DNA of 63,722 nt, filler included, from Choristocarpus tenellus KU-1152 (taxonomy: Eukaryota; Protista; Phaeophyceae), in assembly GCA_964200185.2 (NCBI GenBank). It is 8 parts of 8 records of this genome, joined end to end, with 100 filler letters (N's around TTAATTAATTAA, not from the genome) between each part and the next. Parts side by side here need not be neighbours in the genome. Positions count along the whole stretch, not along the records: positions 25,726 to 34,760 come from CAXNAD020004060.1; positions 34,861 to 41,989 come from CAXNAD020006645.1; 6 more parts are not named here. The stretch is one strand, 5' to 3'. Positions 25,726 through 39,600 of this stretch are shown one piece after another. The notes beneath the pieces were generated by a model that saw nothing but the letters and a program-made list of their open reading frames with translations, ran no database searches and had not been told where the DNA came from. The stretch's first letter is position 1; the number at the start of each line of letters is the position of its first letter. The position numbers and the translations under genes are program-made.

Positions 25726-28700
25726 CACCCTTCCCTCTACTTGAAGTCGGTTCATCTCCCCTCCCCCCAGCGTTTGTGCCTGCCCCCCCTCCCTCCGACG
25801 AATTTCTTGATGAGGACTTTCTATTTGTCAGGCCACTGAGTCCGAGGATGGCTTCTACACCAGGAGTGGAAGCAAGGCTGTATAATGACAAGTATCACAG
25901 TAGGGGAGAGGGTGATGAGACAAAGGCCAGTGTGGCAGCAGGACATCAGAGGGTATACCTCTCTTTGTGTGTGTATGTATATGTGCATGCATGACAGGAA
26001 TACTTGAGTCTATCCCTGAATCTATGATGCAGTACTGCTGTCAAATGCAGTGCCAGGGCACCTTGGAGTTGGAACCCCATGAGGGGCCACAAAGCACAGC
26101 ACCCAAAGGGGAAAAAATAAACTGAAACAAACTGGCTATATCCCCATCGTACTAAAAGAACAGGTGGCACAGTATAGTACAATCAATGGAGGTGTATCGC
26201 CTTTGCCAAAAGAAGTTGCAGCAACTGATCCAGATAGATGTAGCAACACATGCATTGAGGATTGCGAACCAAGTCAAAGGGCAGAATTTAATTCATCACC
26301 CCCCCCTCCCGAAGATAACCCTACCCCCCTGCCCCCCTTGACATCAGTGCAGGCACACATCATTCCAGTCCCTGTTAGCGGCAATGGAAGCGTTTCAAGA
26401 AATCATTCATCATACACACTGTAGCCATAAAGAGTAAGGTATTTGTCAAGACCCACAGATACAAACAACACAACCAACTGCTCTATTGGTAGCAAATGCC
26501 AGCAATGAGATTATACTCTAACATACCTGTCACTCCTTATTTTCTTTTGGGTCATGAAGCAAAGTCATCCCATTGGCTCAATGTGACAAGACTCTTCTAT
26601 TGGCTTACATACACAAATATATTGCTTTTCAAGTCATACTAATCTATCATCTTCATTTGTATCCATACTATTCTCTCTCTCTCCATCTTTCTCACCGATG
26701 TAGCCCCCACACCGCCTTTGCCCCTCCGGCCACCACCCTGTCTCCGGGCACCCAGAGCCACTCTGCAGTTGCTTCAAATGCACCTGCGCAGGCGTTGGCC
26801 AGCACAACCTCTCCCTTGCTGACCCTAGCCTCAGATCCTTCCACACAGTCCTCACCCTTGCCCCCCCTCCACTGTCCTGCATGTTCTCCTTTACCTTGAC
26901 CCACACCTTGTCCTACTCCTCCGCTATTGATTGGATACTCCCCATGTCTTGGGTCATTCACCCCAGCTGTCTGTGGTCCAGTCTGGTCAATGGAGTGCCT
27001 AATAGGTGAACATGCCACCTACCGACACCCAATATTTACCCCGGCGATGGGAAGTGGATGAGTAAGGGCAGTGTGTGCTGGGGGCAAATGACTTATGTTT
27101 GTATATGAAGGTGCTATCTGCATCACGACTGGGAGGAAGAGACATCTTGAAAAAAAAAAGTTGAGACAAGATGATGGAGGATAGATGGTATGAGGGGAAT
27201 GGGAGGTGCAGAAAGAAGAAAAAAAAACTGCTTCACAACAACAACAAAAAAAACGAGAACATCACACTATTTAACATCATATGAATCAACCCCTATAGGC
27301 ATACAGCCTTGACTCAATCCACTTCCAGCCCACCTCACTATATACAAAACTTCTCTTCCTCACACCTTGCCCAGACAGTCAAACCTTCTTGGGTGTTTGC
27401 TCCGAACCAACTCCCTCTTTTTCTCCACACCCTGCCACATAGTGCTCCATTCCCCTAAAAATACCTGTCCATACACATTCATACAAAATTGCACCTACCT
27501 CACTCTCATGAATCAGTCCTCTTCCTTCTCCTCCAGCAACATCCCCCCTGCCCTCCTCTCCATCTCCCCTGCATGTAAACGTCTCCGTCCACGAGAACAC
27601 CCCCAACCCTACTTCACTGTCCTCCTCAGTTGTGGTGGAGAAAGGGGCAAGGGTTTCCTCTCGGGCAAGGGGATCCCCAAGAGAGGTTAGAATTGCCGCA
27701 ATGCCTCCTCTTCCTCCCTCTATCTGATCCGTCTCATTCGGTAGCTCTGTGGTCGCTGTGGCTGTGGCTACTGCAAGAGGGAGGTTATGTGCTGCTAGTC
27801 CCACCTTTTCAGACCAGCATTAGAACAGAGCGACATGATGACATCATACTTCTAACAAAAACAACAATAATGATAAAAATAATAATAACAGTAACAGCGG
27901 GTGGAGCAGTGCAAAAAGGAAAAGAGTGACATCACAGAACCCCCCCCCGCCACCTACAGAGTAGTACTACTCTTATAGACTGGGGTATGTACTCCAAACA
28001 GCTAACTTGTTGAATGACTAACCTCAGATGCCAACGCCCCCTTGGTGCTGGTTCCCCTTGAGGCTTTGATTCTGCCCAAGCGCTCCCCCCATTCTGGCGA
28101 CTCTATTGGATAGGGCGTCCTCGGCTTGATCCACACCTAGAAGAGGGTCGGGTGAATTGAGTGAGAGATGGAAAGATCAAGAGGGGCAGGAGAAATTGCA
28201 AAGGAGTGTGAATGTGTTTGATTGGCTCAATGCAGCGTTCAAAATAGCACTTGGTACTGTTTGATTGGTCTAAAATGTTGTTTTTCACACGTAACCCTCA
28301 CTCCAACTCTGAATGATGTTCTTTGTGGGATATCCCTTCAATCTCGGCATTCCCATTTTCAAAGGGGGGAACAGAAAGAGGTCACTCTCTATCGTTGAAG
28401 ATCTTTCTTAGCTAAATTTCCACTAAAAATGGAGGTGGAAGATGTTGTTGGCAGAGGGGTGAGGAGGGGAGGCATAGCGATTCTACTCGAAGGACAAAGA
28501 AGTTACTCAAGAATGGGATAGTAGTGGGAGCAGGGGAAGACAAAAGAAGTTACTCAAGAATGGGATAGTAGTGGGAGCAGGGGAAGACAAAAGAAGTTAC
28601 TCAAGAATGGGATAGTAGTGGGAGCAGACAGAGGAAGACAAAAGAAGTGAGTGTGTGGTTACAAGTAGACAGAATTACTTGGCAAGTTTACAGCAGTAGC

Positions 28701-31110
28701 TTCTATTAACAATGCCAAAAAAATAACAGTAAATAACAAAGATTAAGGGATAAGGGATACAAGCGAACAGCAACACTTACACCAATCGGGTTTTCATGTG
28801 TGCTGCATTGGGCAAATAGGGTGGCATTACTTGTCCCTGCAACATCCCCTTCCTCCTTGATCACATCTTCATCATTGTCATTAATTCGGCGCCACACATA
28901 CTTCAATGTACTAGATGTGGCTCCTGCCTTGAAAGCACTCTCAAATTGAACAAAACTACACAGGAGCAATGCATTGGTAGGTCCTGAGGTTCTCCACCAG
29001 GTCAACTCAATTCTCTTGTAAACGAATACACGCAGTGCGTTTTGAACTCTTTTTGTTCCCCACTAAAAATTTCAATTATAAAAAAAAAGGAAAAGGGATT
29101 GAGAGTGCTGGTCACTTCCTCAAACTCCACTGGAGTATGGTCCTCTGCTGATGCGAATCTTAGATTCGACTACACTGCTCAAAAAACAAAAACAAAATTG
29201 AATATTGTGGGGGTTTTCATTGGACGCTTTTTTTGGTACGAGTGCTAACCCTAACCCTATATCCTTTCACGAGTTGCGTAAACTGTTTTGATTACAATCG
29301 AATGCATCGATTATTTTTCTATTTCATTCTACTTACACCCATAAACAGTTTCGATTCACAAAACTAAAAAAGACCTCACGTACCCATACATACACAACAG
29401 CAACACTCGACTTCAACTACTCTCAGTCAGAGTACTAAGCAGGAATGCTTCTTTTCACCTCAAATAGTTGCAAGACACAAGAGGCAAGGTAGGTAAATTG
29501 TACTTATTATTGCTATTACTACTACCTCAAACCCAACAAACACAAACTTTTGAACACAACACAGCAGTGAGAAGGATTGGCGGATGGAGGCAGGTCTAGG
29601 TCTGATTCGGCAAATCACTAACCCACCAGGGTTAGGCCCATTTCCTAACAGCAATGATATATTTCCATTTTTTTCCCCCAACATTTAAAAACAGTGCCAT
29701 TGCTAGAAAAAAGTTGGAAATATACTAATTTCTTGATACTTTTCAGCATGAGCTTATTCGACATTTGGAACAGGCCTCAGTTAAGCAAATATTTATGCTT
29801 TACAGGGAGGTGTTGAGCTTGAGAGATAGACCTTTCTCTTTGGTGAATGTGTCTTGCTGTCCCCCACACCCGGAAGTGTTGTCTCCCCTGTCACAGCATT
29901 GTACACCTTGCACAATGTTTTTAGTATGGTAGGAGAACAGTCCGCAGAAGGTAGAGGGAGACAAGCAGCAGGGAGAAGGGCGCAGTGGAGGGAGGAGCGA
30001 AGTTTGGAGGAAGCTTGAATCAAAAGACATGAGAGCACCGCATGTGAGTATACGCACACAAAAAAATGGGAATCAGGAAGTCTTCTGTGTGCTCAATGGA
30101 ATTACGACGAGGTGAGGCACCACAAGGATTTCTCAGAAGGCGCTTTGAACACATTCCCTGTGATGAATAACCAGCACATTGAAGAGTTTTGACCATGATA
30201 CAGACTAAGAACAACAGCGTTTTTTCACTGCTTCTACTCGCAGCTGTTGCTACACCCCGATGGCGTGTATAGACACACATGCATGCACTCACAGATCACA
30301 GCAAATGGATCCATCTAGGTGTGACAAGTCATGGTAACGTTCTAGCAGATCACATGCACACTGCTGACAAGAGTGAAACTGAATTCATTCAATTTTAACA
30401 GCACTTGATACAGCTACCAAAAAAAACATAAATGTGTCTGAAGTATCAATAACTTGGAACCCTCTTCAACTCCCTGATATGGATAGGTGTACACCCAAAA
30501 CCTCTGCTCTTACACCTGATGATCCCATTATGAAGAGAAGGGTCAAATGTACCTCCACCTGTCTTGCTATCAGGGCAAGTTTTCACTAGCACTGTGAGCT
30601 ATTGTACAAGTATGTATTTTCTACCTCTTCTTCCCTCTCAGATCTGCCTTCATCCCATGACTAACCAACAACCAATTCACTCACCGGGCACTTTACCTCC
30701 TCCTCCCACATGCCCCAGCCAGCAGGAGACAATGCACCCTCCCTCAGGGCAAACCCCAACCCAGCACACAAAGCCCAAGCTCCTGCGGCCCCCAAAATGA
30801 AACCCCTCCTCCAGTCTCTCCCGCATCCTCCTCTTCCTTGCCCCTGCCCCTGCACTGGTCCTAACCCTACCCCCTGCACGAGCAATGGTCCCGTAGCTGA
30901 CCCTGGCACTGGCCCATGCCCTGGGAACGTTGTTCGCTCCAGCTCCTTCCTCTGTGCTCGAGGTGAGCGGCTGTATCGCCTTGCTGGTCCATTTGAAGAT
31001 GGCAAGCATGTCCCACTACCACAGTTCTTAGCAGTGGGGCGAAATGTGGGAAGCATTGTAGAGGCAGAGACCAGGTTTTCGTGGCTAGCACTAGACCTAA
31101 AACTTGATTG
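25726..31110 (-). CDS. Multi-exon gene of unknown function, Gly/Glu/Thr-rich low-complexity exons (partial)
   Basis: Open frames bounded by AG/GT sites at about 30685-31103, 29832-30014, 28781-28955 (ends GGT|gtaagt), 27498-27803 (GAG|gtaggt), 26696-27018 (CG|gtgaga) and 25726-25860. No recognisable domain; exon phases are not fully resolved. Confidence 0.45.
28487..28649. repeat. 47-bp minisatellite, about 3.3 copies
   Basis: Unit AGTTACTCAAGAATGGGATAGTAGTGGGAGCAGGGGAAGACAAAAGA. Confidence 0.9.
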
Positions 31111-32377
31111 GGGGGGATGGAGGGAGGGGGTAGGAATGGGGACCACACACCGTAGCAATCAACAGTCTTGAATAAGAAACGGAAAAAAAATGGCAATTGG
31201 TTTGGTCGAAATGATCATGTCACCACTTGCGAGGTGGTGGAGCATTGCTGCGATCATTACTTCAGGAATGTGTTACGTCCAACCTTCCGCAGTGGTCAGT
31301 TTTAGTGGCAGGTATTTACTTTGCCAGCAGATCCTGTCATCTTTCTGAGAGCACAAAAGAAGAAAAAGGGAGCAGGCCTTTCACGACTTCCTCTTTGAAA
31401 CTAACTGAATGTGCCGTCTCTTGAGCGCCGCAAATACTTGCTAGGGGAGTACCCAACACTCACCCGTATTTCAATGTCACTATGTGGGACAAGGACTGCC
31501 ATATAAGTCTGCTATAAGATCCAGGTTCAGAGAGGAGGTATCGAGGTTATCACATGTCGAAGTCTTGTGTATTGAAATATGACCCTCAATGCCTTGACCA
31601 GAGAGAGGAATTACATCATTCATTGGACGATAGGACATTTGCAGTCCCTCCCTCGAATCCCTCAACTAAGACAATGCCTCTATTCAAGGCATTGGATGGC
31701 ATTATAGCGCTGTATCGTACTGTACGAGAAAACAAATTATTCGTTGCCTTTCGCCCTTGGCAAGACTGCGAGGTGCCTGTCGATCATGACTCTTGTTGAA
31801 TTTTTCGAATCACTTAGTGGAGGGAAAGATAGTGCACCACAATTTGGACTTCACCTGGAGCCTTGAGATCGGCGTGGCGATTAGATGTGACCAGATGGTT
31901 GGCGTCAAAAACGAAATGTCTAGTTTCGAAATGCACCATCTAGGAGACCAACAAAACGGTCAGCTCGACTTTTTTTGGACCCTCTATCATAGATAATAGA
32001 TCGAGGTCGTCACGGGTGGTCCATGCTAGTGCAGAATGCGTGATTCTGTCACGACCTTACAAGAAGGATATTGAGGGCTTTCCACAGTTTGGGTTAGTAA
32101 TCATTATGAGGAAAGAGAATCAGACTGAAAGATTCGTTACCGTATCAAATGTTCTGTTTGTTGTGAACTGATTGTGGAACTTTCCAAGAACTCATCTGAG
32201 GCATGGTTATGATGAAGCATGAGAGAAGTCCAACACTCTGTCACTAAGATTTTGGGGAGGTTACTCGATCCAATTAGAAACTAGCTGGAAAACTGCGTGG
32301 AGAGAGATCGTGATAGAGAAGGCTGAGGTTCAAGTTCTACAGAAGTATTGCTGCGGGATCCCTTTTTCTACACAACA

Positions 32378-33364
32378 ATGCCAATCGATTTAGAAACTGA
32401 TGAGGGAGCCTTCCAGGTTTGCTCCCAACTGAGCCTTGACTTGGCGTATCGCCGCACGTCAACAGAAGATTTGTGCATTGGCATAGCGGGCACTTACCCA
32501 GGCATGCGAGTACGCCAGATCTGGCCAGCATCCAATGGCGGGTGGACTGCATTTACAGTCCAAAAGGCTGGACACCTAATAGTTGTTTTTCGTGGGACAT
32601 CCGGACTTGAAGAACTAGTTCAGTATCCCGAAAAGGTGGTCCGTGGGGCACGGGAGCACCGCTTTCACAAGGAAGGGTGGGGAGTCTACTCCGTGTGGTG
32701 GGAAACATTGGCAAAGGTGGGCCGATGCAGTTTGAAATGAACGGCAAGACCGATCGGACTAACCCTGTATTTCTTTGGTTGTAGCAGTGGTATTTCCCTC
32801 ACCGCCTAACTTGTAACTCGTTGGTTGATCTCTTGACAGGTGTGGACCAAAGATGGTGTCCCCCAGGATGGTGATTCCAAGACCTATCTAAAGATGGAAG
32901 TCCTCGACGCATTTGCCTTTGGGGATCGAGTTTGGTTCACAGGGCACAGCAAGGGTGGAGCGGTAGCCGCTGTGGCAGCAGCTCTTATTCTGTTCGGGGA
33001 TGATGGTGAAGAGAGAATGACCGATGCTGAAGAGATCGATTTGTCTGTAATCACATTCAATGCACCCATGTCCTTTTCGCCGCTCCTTGCCGAGGAGTAC
33101 GATCGTCGGTGTGCCAAGCAAGGAGTCCGGCACCTTCGCTCTGAAGAACGGGCGGATCAGCTCCATGAATTCCCATGGCTTGGTGGCTTTCAGCATGTCG
33201 GGGAACAGCGATCGAAGGGCATGAATCTCATGGATAAGCCGAGCGTACGCTTTGCAGCAGTCGCTGGGGGGGCACTGTTAACGTCGGTGGTTGCTTCCGA
33301 GATTATTGGTGCACATAATGCAGGAAAACCAAAGCGGGTGAAGAAGGTATCTTCACGTAGGTGA
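32378..33364 (+). CDS. Class 3 (fungal-type) lipase / alpha-beta hydrolase, 2 exons
   Basis: Exons 32378-32716 and 32840-33364 (GT-AG, phase 0). Motifs LIVVFRGT, VWFTGHSKGGAVA (GxSxG nucleophile), VITFNAP, D..HEFP and FQHVG. Confidence 0.85.
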
Positions 33365-34760
33365 TTTTTCTCGCTGCGATCCATGCAGCAGATTTCGTGA
33401 CGCACAGATGAGAATTGATTGTATGTTTTGGTCATACTGGTAGCTCTTTCAGGGTTCAGTCTCCGTTCTGACAGTAAAGAGTGGATTGTAGGACTCCTGC
33501 ATGCAAGTCAACCAAAGTTATAGCAAGTGCATGATAAAGATTTCCCTGCCCCCCTTGATCCTTCATAATGCAATATACTTTGTTTAGTTGTTGCTCATTT
33601 GTAGCATGTGATGATTTGAGGAGAGGAAGGTTTTTACCCTTGAATTGCAATATAGAGTGGGACTCAAGGAGTGCAGTATGATACAACATTAGTATCAGAT
33701 ATCTGCAGTAACTCTTTGTACATAAGTGATCTGTACAAATGTGCAGTCAATGGATCTTTCAGGTTTTGATGGAGGATTTTTATTTTATTTCTTTTAGTAG
33801 AGCTCTGCTGTAGGCACAGGTATGGATGGTGTCAAAAGGGGAATGTGTTACAGTGAATGCCACTGCACATTTGCTGCGCAAAATCCTCACCCAACACTGA
33901 AATACTTTCCTGCCATGTAGTTTTTTAGTTTGCAAGTAGGTGCACTGCACCTCCCCCATTTCATGCACTGCTTTCAAGCAGGTCAAAAATAGCATCAGTG
34001 CAGTAGACTTGTGTCCCCAGGCGATTTATGTACATATTTTTTACATTCACTGTGTCTCTTTTGTCATGTTGTGTAGGTATTTATTGCCTGTGCAGTGGCT
34101 GGGTGTTGGAATGTTTGACGGCATTGTGTTAGTTCTGCACAGATCATGCACCTGCGCCATCCGATCTGACCGTTGCCTTTTAAGAAGAACATAGGAAATT
34201 CAAAACGAGGTGGTAGGGTTTCATCGGTGCAGCACAAGATTTGGGGGGGGGGGAGGGATCGCCGAGCAGTCTGAAAGCTGAACCCAACAAAAGGAGAACC
34301 AAGGCATGACCCGAGGCAGTGTAATTTGTTACAGTATGACGGTAGTTGCTTGCAGTAGTCAGTGTGAGAGATGGTTAGGGTTAGGGTTAGGGTGTGTAGT
34401 GCCTCTGACCACCGGTTGGAACAGTCTCCAGGCTAACGTTAAAGGTAGAATATAATTGTGTGTGTTGATTATTTTGAGTATTTTTCCACTGCACAGGCTA
34501 TATATAGGGTGTGTTGATACTGCGTGTGATTTGTGCTTCTCATGATTAAGATCTATTGTTTGCAACCACTATTATGGATTAATGGAGGAAGGGCAAGATG
34601 CACGATATTTGTATTGAAGGATAACACATCTCCAAATGACCAATTCATGGATTCACTGATGCTCCAACCCCCCCCCCCCCCCCCCCCCCCCCCCACCACC
34701 CCCCTCTCTCCTCTCCCCCCTCCCTCTTGTGCTTTTTTCCCATCCCCCCCCGACTCCCCA

Positions 34761-34860
34761 NNNNNNNNNNNNNNNNNNNNNNNNNNNNNNNNNNNNNNNN
34801 NNNNTTAATTAATTAANNNNNNNNNNNNNNNNNNNNNNNNNNNNNNNNNNNNNNNNNNNN
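34761..34860. other. Artificial contig spacer
   Basis: N44-TTAATTAATTAA-N44. Confidence 0.97.
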
Positions 34861-35108
34861 TTGCATAACAAAACAGTGCTTGGATTGTTCAGGGAGAGAC
34901 GGGGGGGGGGAAGGGGGCACGCTTGGTAGTGGCGGAAGTGGAGGCAAAGGAGGATAGAGGCAGAAGACCCCCAAAAAACACTCAAGAGCCGATTTACACA
35001 AGTACACAAAACAACTCTAAAGAAGTGTGATATTAGTACAGTACAAGAACCTAGACCCTTCAAGCATCAAGAACTTTAGCATTGGTGCAGCACTAGTACA
35101 AAACCAAC

Positions 35109-36396
35109 CATGAGGGGATTCGGACAAACCCTAGGGTTTGGAGCTAGATCAGTGGGCTTACTGCCAGAAGAAGATATCTTGGGAGCATTCACATGTACTG
35201 TTGGTATCCCAAAAATATCATACATACATACCCAAGAATCACCTATGCAATTCCTTTTCACCACCTCAAACCCTGATCCCAAAACAGTAGGTTACAGAGC
35301 CTGGCTTCATAGCAGGGGTCATTTCTCATCCACTTCCTCCTCTTCTCTCCATCTCTGCATCAAATGCACCTCGATCCGTTTTCCATTTACCTACCTCCAC
35401 TGCCCTGGTAATAACTTTGGTGCCCCCGTTCGACCCCCCAACCCCAGCAACCTTCTTCTCAAACTGCTCCAGCATGGCCTGGCTAGTGTCCACTCCTATG
35501 ACGATCCCGTCGATGTCATTCTTCAGCAGCATGGTGAGACACCCAGTGCCGCAACCGAAGTCCATTACTGAACCTTCTATGGGAGGGGACCACCATGACT
35601 GTTGGACGGGAAGTTTTTCACGGGGATGAGAGAAGGAGAAGACGCCAATGACGCCAGGGCGTGGCATTTTTGTTAGTCTGGTATGAGATCGGCCTTTGGA
35701 AATATGTCTATTCCAATCTTGGAAGCGGAATGAGTGAATTACCTCCAATTCTAGCGAACGAAGAGACAACAATTCTATCACTGGACAAAATCATGAGAAA
35801 ATGACACGCCCTAGGTCACCTACAAGAAAAATAGTGCCCCTAGTAATACACACAAGAGTTCTGTTATTGTACCAGCAGATAGATACGGTGTTACAGAACA
35901 CGATAGCAATCGCCTTCTTCGACTTCATGAGCGATTGTTGACCATTACATATCACAAATATTACATACGATGTTCATCAAACAGTTTACCAGTATACCGC
36001 TCTTGCGCACACCGGGTTAGCAATCAGAGTCACTCACACCTGAGCTTTGATCCAGTCGACGAGAAGCTTGGTGATGTAGTGCCTGAAGGGGTTGTCATCC
36101 CACCCAGCTGCTTTCTCCTCGAAGTGAGCATGTGCTTTCCTATGCTGAGAAGTTCCATCGGTCTACGAAAACAGGGAATATACCAGTTGAATTAGGAATC
36201 TGGACTACTTTGGATATTCAAACGAACGTTCATCTAGGAAAGTGTTGATAAGGCATAGGGTTACAGAGATGTGAAAGTTAAAGCCTGTCGAGAGGGTCAC
36301 AGCAGGTGATCCGAAGATATTGAAAAGAGGGGAGTTCAAGAATGCTAGGCATTCAAAATCAAGGGCATTGCAACTCACCTTCACGTTCTCGGACAT
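35109..36396 (-). CDS. Class I SAM-dependent methyltransferase, 3'-truncated by contig start
   Basis: Phase-0 exons 36379-36396 (MSENVK), 36040-36162 (HFEEKAAGWDDNP), 35395-35598 (VMDFGCGTG..VIGVDTSQAMLEQF), 35109-35177. Confidence 0.85.
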
Positions 36397-36624
36397 AACA
36401 TTTCCTCTACACCACCAAACACGTGGGTGGAAGTAAGTTCAACTACGTTCCTGGAACCTATATTCTTGGGTTGAAGTGGAGAGTTAAGGTGTTGCAAATG
36501 TTTGGGAAGCGTTCTCTATCGAAAGTTGAACATTTGTATACACACAACAATCAATTCACCAACCTTCAGTTTTCAACAACCCTACTGTCTCGTATCCCTA
36601 CTTTGTCCTACTCTGTGAAGTTGA

Positions 36625-39600
36625 ATGCGCCTCCTGATATTGAGAAAGATCGGGAGATGGATTCATACAGAAGCCTGGGAAGGCTTCGGGGGGAATGCTC
36701 AGGTCTATGAGAGGACGAGGTTGGTTTCATGTTGTTGACCCTACATCCATTTTGCCTTGCAATCTTTCCCCACACCTCACCCTTCATACAATTTGCAAGA
36801 ATTTTTTCGCTGATGGATCATACTTCCTACGAAATCTGGGACTATCGCTATTGGGCTTCTATATCCTGCTAAGGCTGCCTAGAAGTTCCATAGCTACTGT
36901 GCTGTACTATGAGGGGCCTGAACCTCTCAACACATCAGGTATCTATCTACTCCCTACATACCTTACGATTTTTGAGAAGATTCGTAAAGTAAGTTGCATG
37001 AGGTAACACCAGTGATTTCCACCAACAGGCCGGGGTATCCTCGAGAGGCTCTTAGAGCACTTGAAGAGGAAATTCGAAGAAGCCGCGAAGTCAGTGCGAC
37101 TGGCTATCCTACACTAGTGGATCTTGGCTGTGGAACAGGAAAATTCACCCGAGATTTGCTTCCATATTCGCACGAAGAAGTTAAGTATTCGACTATAATC
37201 ACCAGGTGTTCTGTACTCTACCTTCAGGTGACCAATACAACCGGGAGAGGGTCCTCCTAACGCAGTCATGCACCCAACTGTTAACTATTTCAAAGACATG
37301 AATGCACTCTATTTCGTGTATCACAGTCAGTGCACGTCGCACACTATCTTAACAGCGTAATAATGGCATACTTGCAACGGCACTGTTTTGAACAACTCGT
37401 GTGTGGCGATTATACCTCGTAGTGTAGTAACCGTCCATCCCTGGAACTGCATAAGCTCCTGAAGGACCCACTGATGCTCCAACTGTACCTTGCGCTTATC
37501 ACTTGTTGGGATGCTATGCCAGGTCTGAAAATTGTTGGCGTTGAGCCTATTGAAGCCATGCGGCGGGAGTTCAAGCAGGCGCTGCCAGAAGTACATATTG
37601 TGGAGGGTGAGATATTGATTAGCTCCACACAGTGCTGTCTACTCTGTGCTTTGTGGTTATGAGGGGTGAGAGTAAGCAGGGGGTATATGGACTATGCTAA
37701 TATCATATTAAATGTATATTTTTGTACATATATTTATGCTCACAGGTACAACACAGTGTATAGGCTCAAAGCATCTGGGGAGGGTGGTGGCGGCTGTCCA
37801 TTTGGGATCCTTTTTTTCATGTCACGATTTTTTTGTGGTTTGGTTGCATACAACGAATGGATAATGTAAATGCACTTTTCCTGATTTTGACCCAAATAAA
37901 CACCCTGGTGTAACTCCCCCCCCCCATATACTTTGAATCACATTTGTAGTACCTGGTACTCGATACCTCCCACATTAGGAGAAGAATTGTATAGTAGCCC
38001 CATCCTACACCATTAATAGTATAAAGCAGGATTTGCCGGAGATGACAAAATATCTCTACTTCTCCATTACTGGTGTAACCTCTTGGCTTACAAGCTGACC
38101 ATGAGCTTGTACTAACACAATGGTACTGAAATATTTGAACATGCCCAACGACAAAGACTGTCTATCCATACCCTCTTGACTCTTCCCTTGACTGACTTCC
38201 CACGCCTCCCTCTTGCCACCCTCCGAACACATCACTCTCCCTAGAACACCCAATACAACAAACTACTCCCCTATGCCAGGAATCCTTCCCCTTGCCCATA
38301 CCATCTTTGATTTGTCCAAAGCCTTCGATGATGATGGAAAACAGGTACGGGAGAGGCTATACCGTTGCCCCACGAATCAGCTCTGGCTGTGATTGCTGCG
38401 CAGTCTTTCCATTGGATGTCAACCCCTGATGTATTGAAAGAGATACACAGGGTGTTGCTGCCAGGGGGTCTGCTGGCACTCATTTGGAACACAAGAGATG
38501 TGTCGGTACCATGGGTGAGGTGAGGCCTCTATAGTGGTACTGGCAAACAAATACTTTGAGTAGAAGAAAAGGGCAAGGTGTTGAAGTGGAGGGCGATTTT
38601 GATGCATTGCCATCAAGAGTGAGAGATAAATCAGAATCCCTGGAGATGTGTAATGAGTTTGGTGAGTTAAGTCAGGACAGTGTAGGGTATATGGAAGAGA
38701 GGATTTGGTAGGTGAGTGTACTCAACAACAGTATGAAAGAAGTGGGATGGAAATGGACATTGAATAGAGAGGGTGAAGGAGAGGGGTGAAGGGTGACGTT
38801 GCTTGGATAGGGGGCGATCACCATCCAGGTGTGCCTTCACAGGAAATATAGTTAGTTATGGGGATGGAGAGTGAAAGTATTTAAGAGAGTAGGGCCGCGT
38901 CCGTTTGGGGTCATAAATCCAATGTTGCGATTTTGATTCATTTGGGCTATTGTGTTTGTTAGCAGGTGTCAATATCCTTTCTCCGGACACACCTTTTCAT
39001 AGTCGTATACATTTTAGGTAACTGTGTTCAAATAGAAAACCTATTAAGGGCATAATAACACATGGGGAGTCAAGCCCTGAACGGATAAAGAGGGAAAAAC
39101 TCGTACCCTCTTAAATTCTTTGGCCCTGCAGTATCCTCCAAATATCTCGAGTAGTGTGGATAGCATGACCGTCTTCATGCTATCCACTGTAGCCTCCCTG
39201 ATAAAACACTGATACTCCTTCATCAATTTTTGTACTGAACAGGGCTCTGGATGACATTATTGACCCCTTCTACGGCCCCAGTGTACCCCGACAGCAGTCT
39301 GGGCGCTGGAGAGATGCTTTTGTCGGTATGGAGGGGGGTGGGGTAGGGACCAGGGAAAAGAGGTGAGATTGGTTTATGTTTGTTATCGTCCAGTGTGCTG
39401 CTCTGGAAAGTACTCCTGAGCACTCAGACTGGCTACAGTACCAAGTATGACGTATTTTTCCATGAGGGGCAAGTTAGGCACAAGGAGGTTGGTTCTATAT
39501 GCGATACATCTATGTCTGCCGCTAGGGTGAAATGTTTTCTTTACTGGTGATTGTTAGCCAGATGTATCCCATCATCTGACAGCATTGGCAAGGTGAACAA

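Noticed and set aside
28487-28649. 47-bp repeat as a CRISPR array
   Set aside because: The units are contiguous with no spacers.
30710-31171. Pro/Cys-rich plus-strand ORF
   Set aside because: Probably the antisense shadow of a G-rich minus-strand exon.
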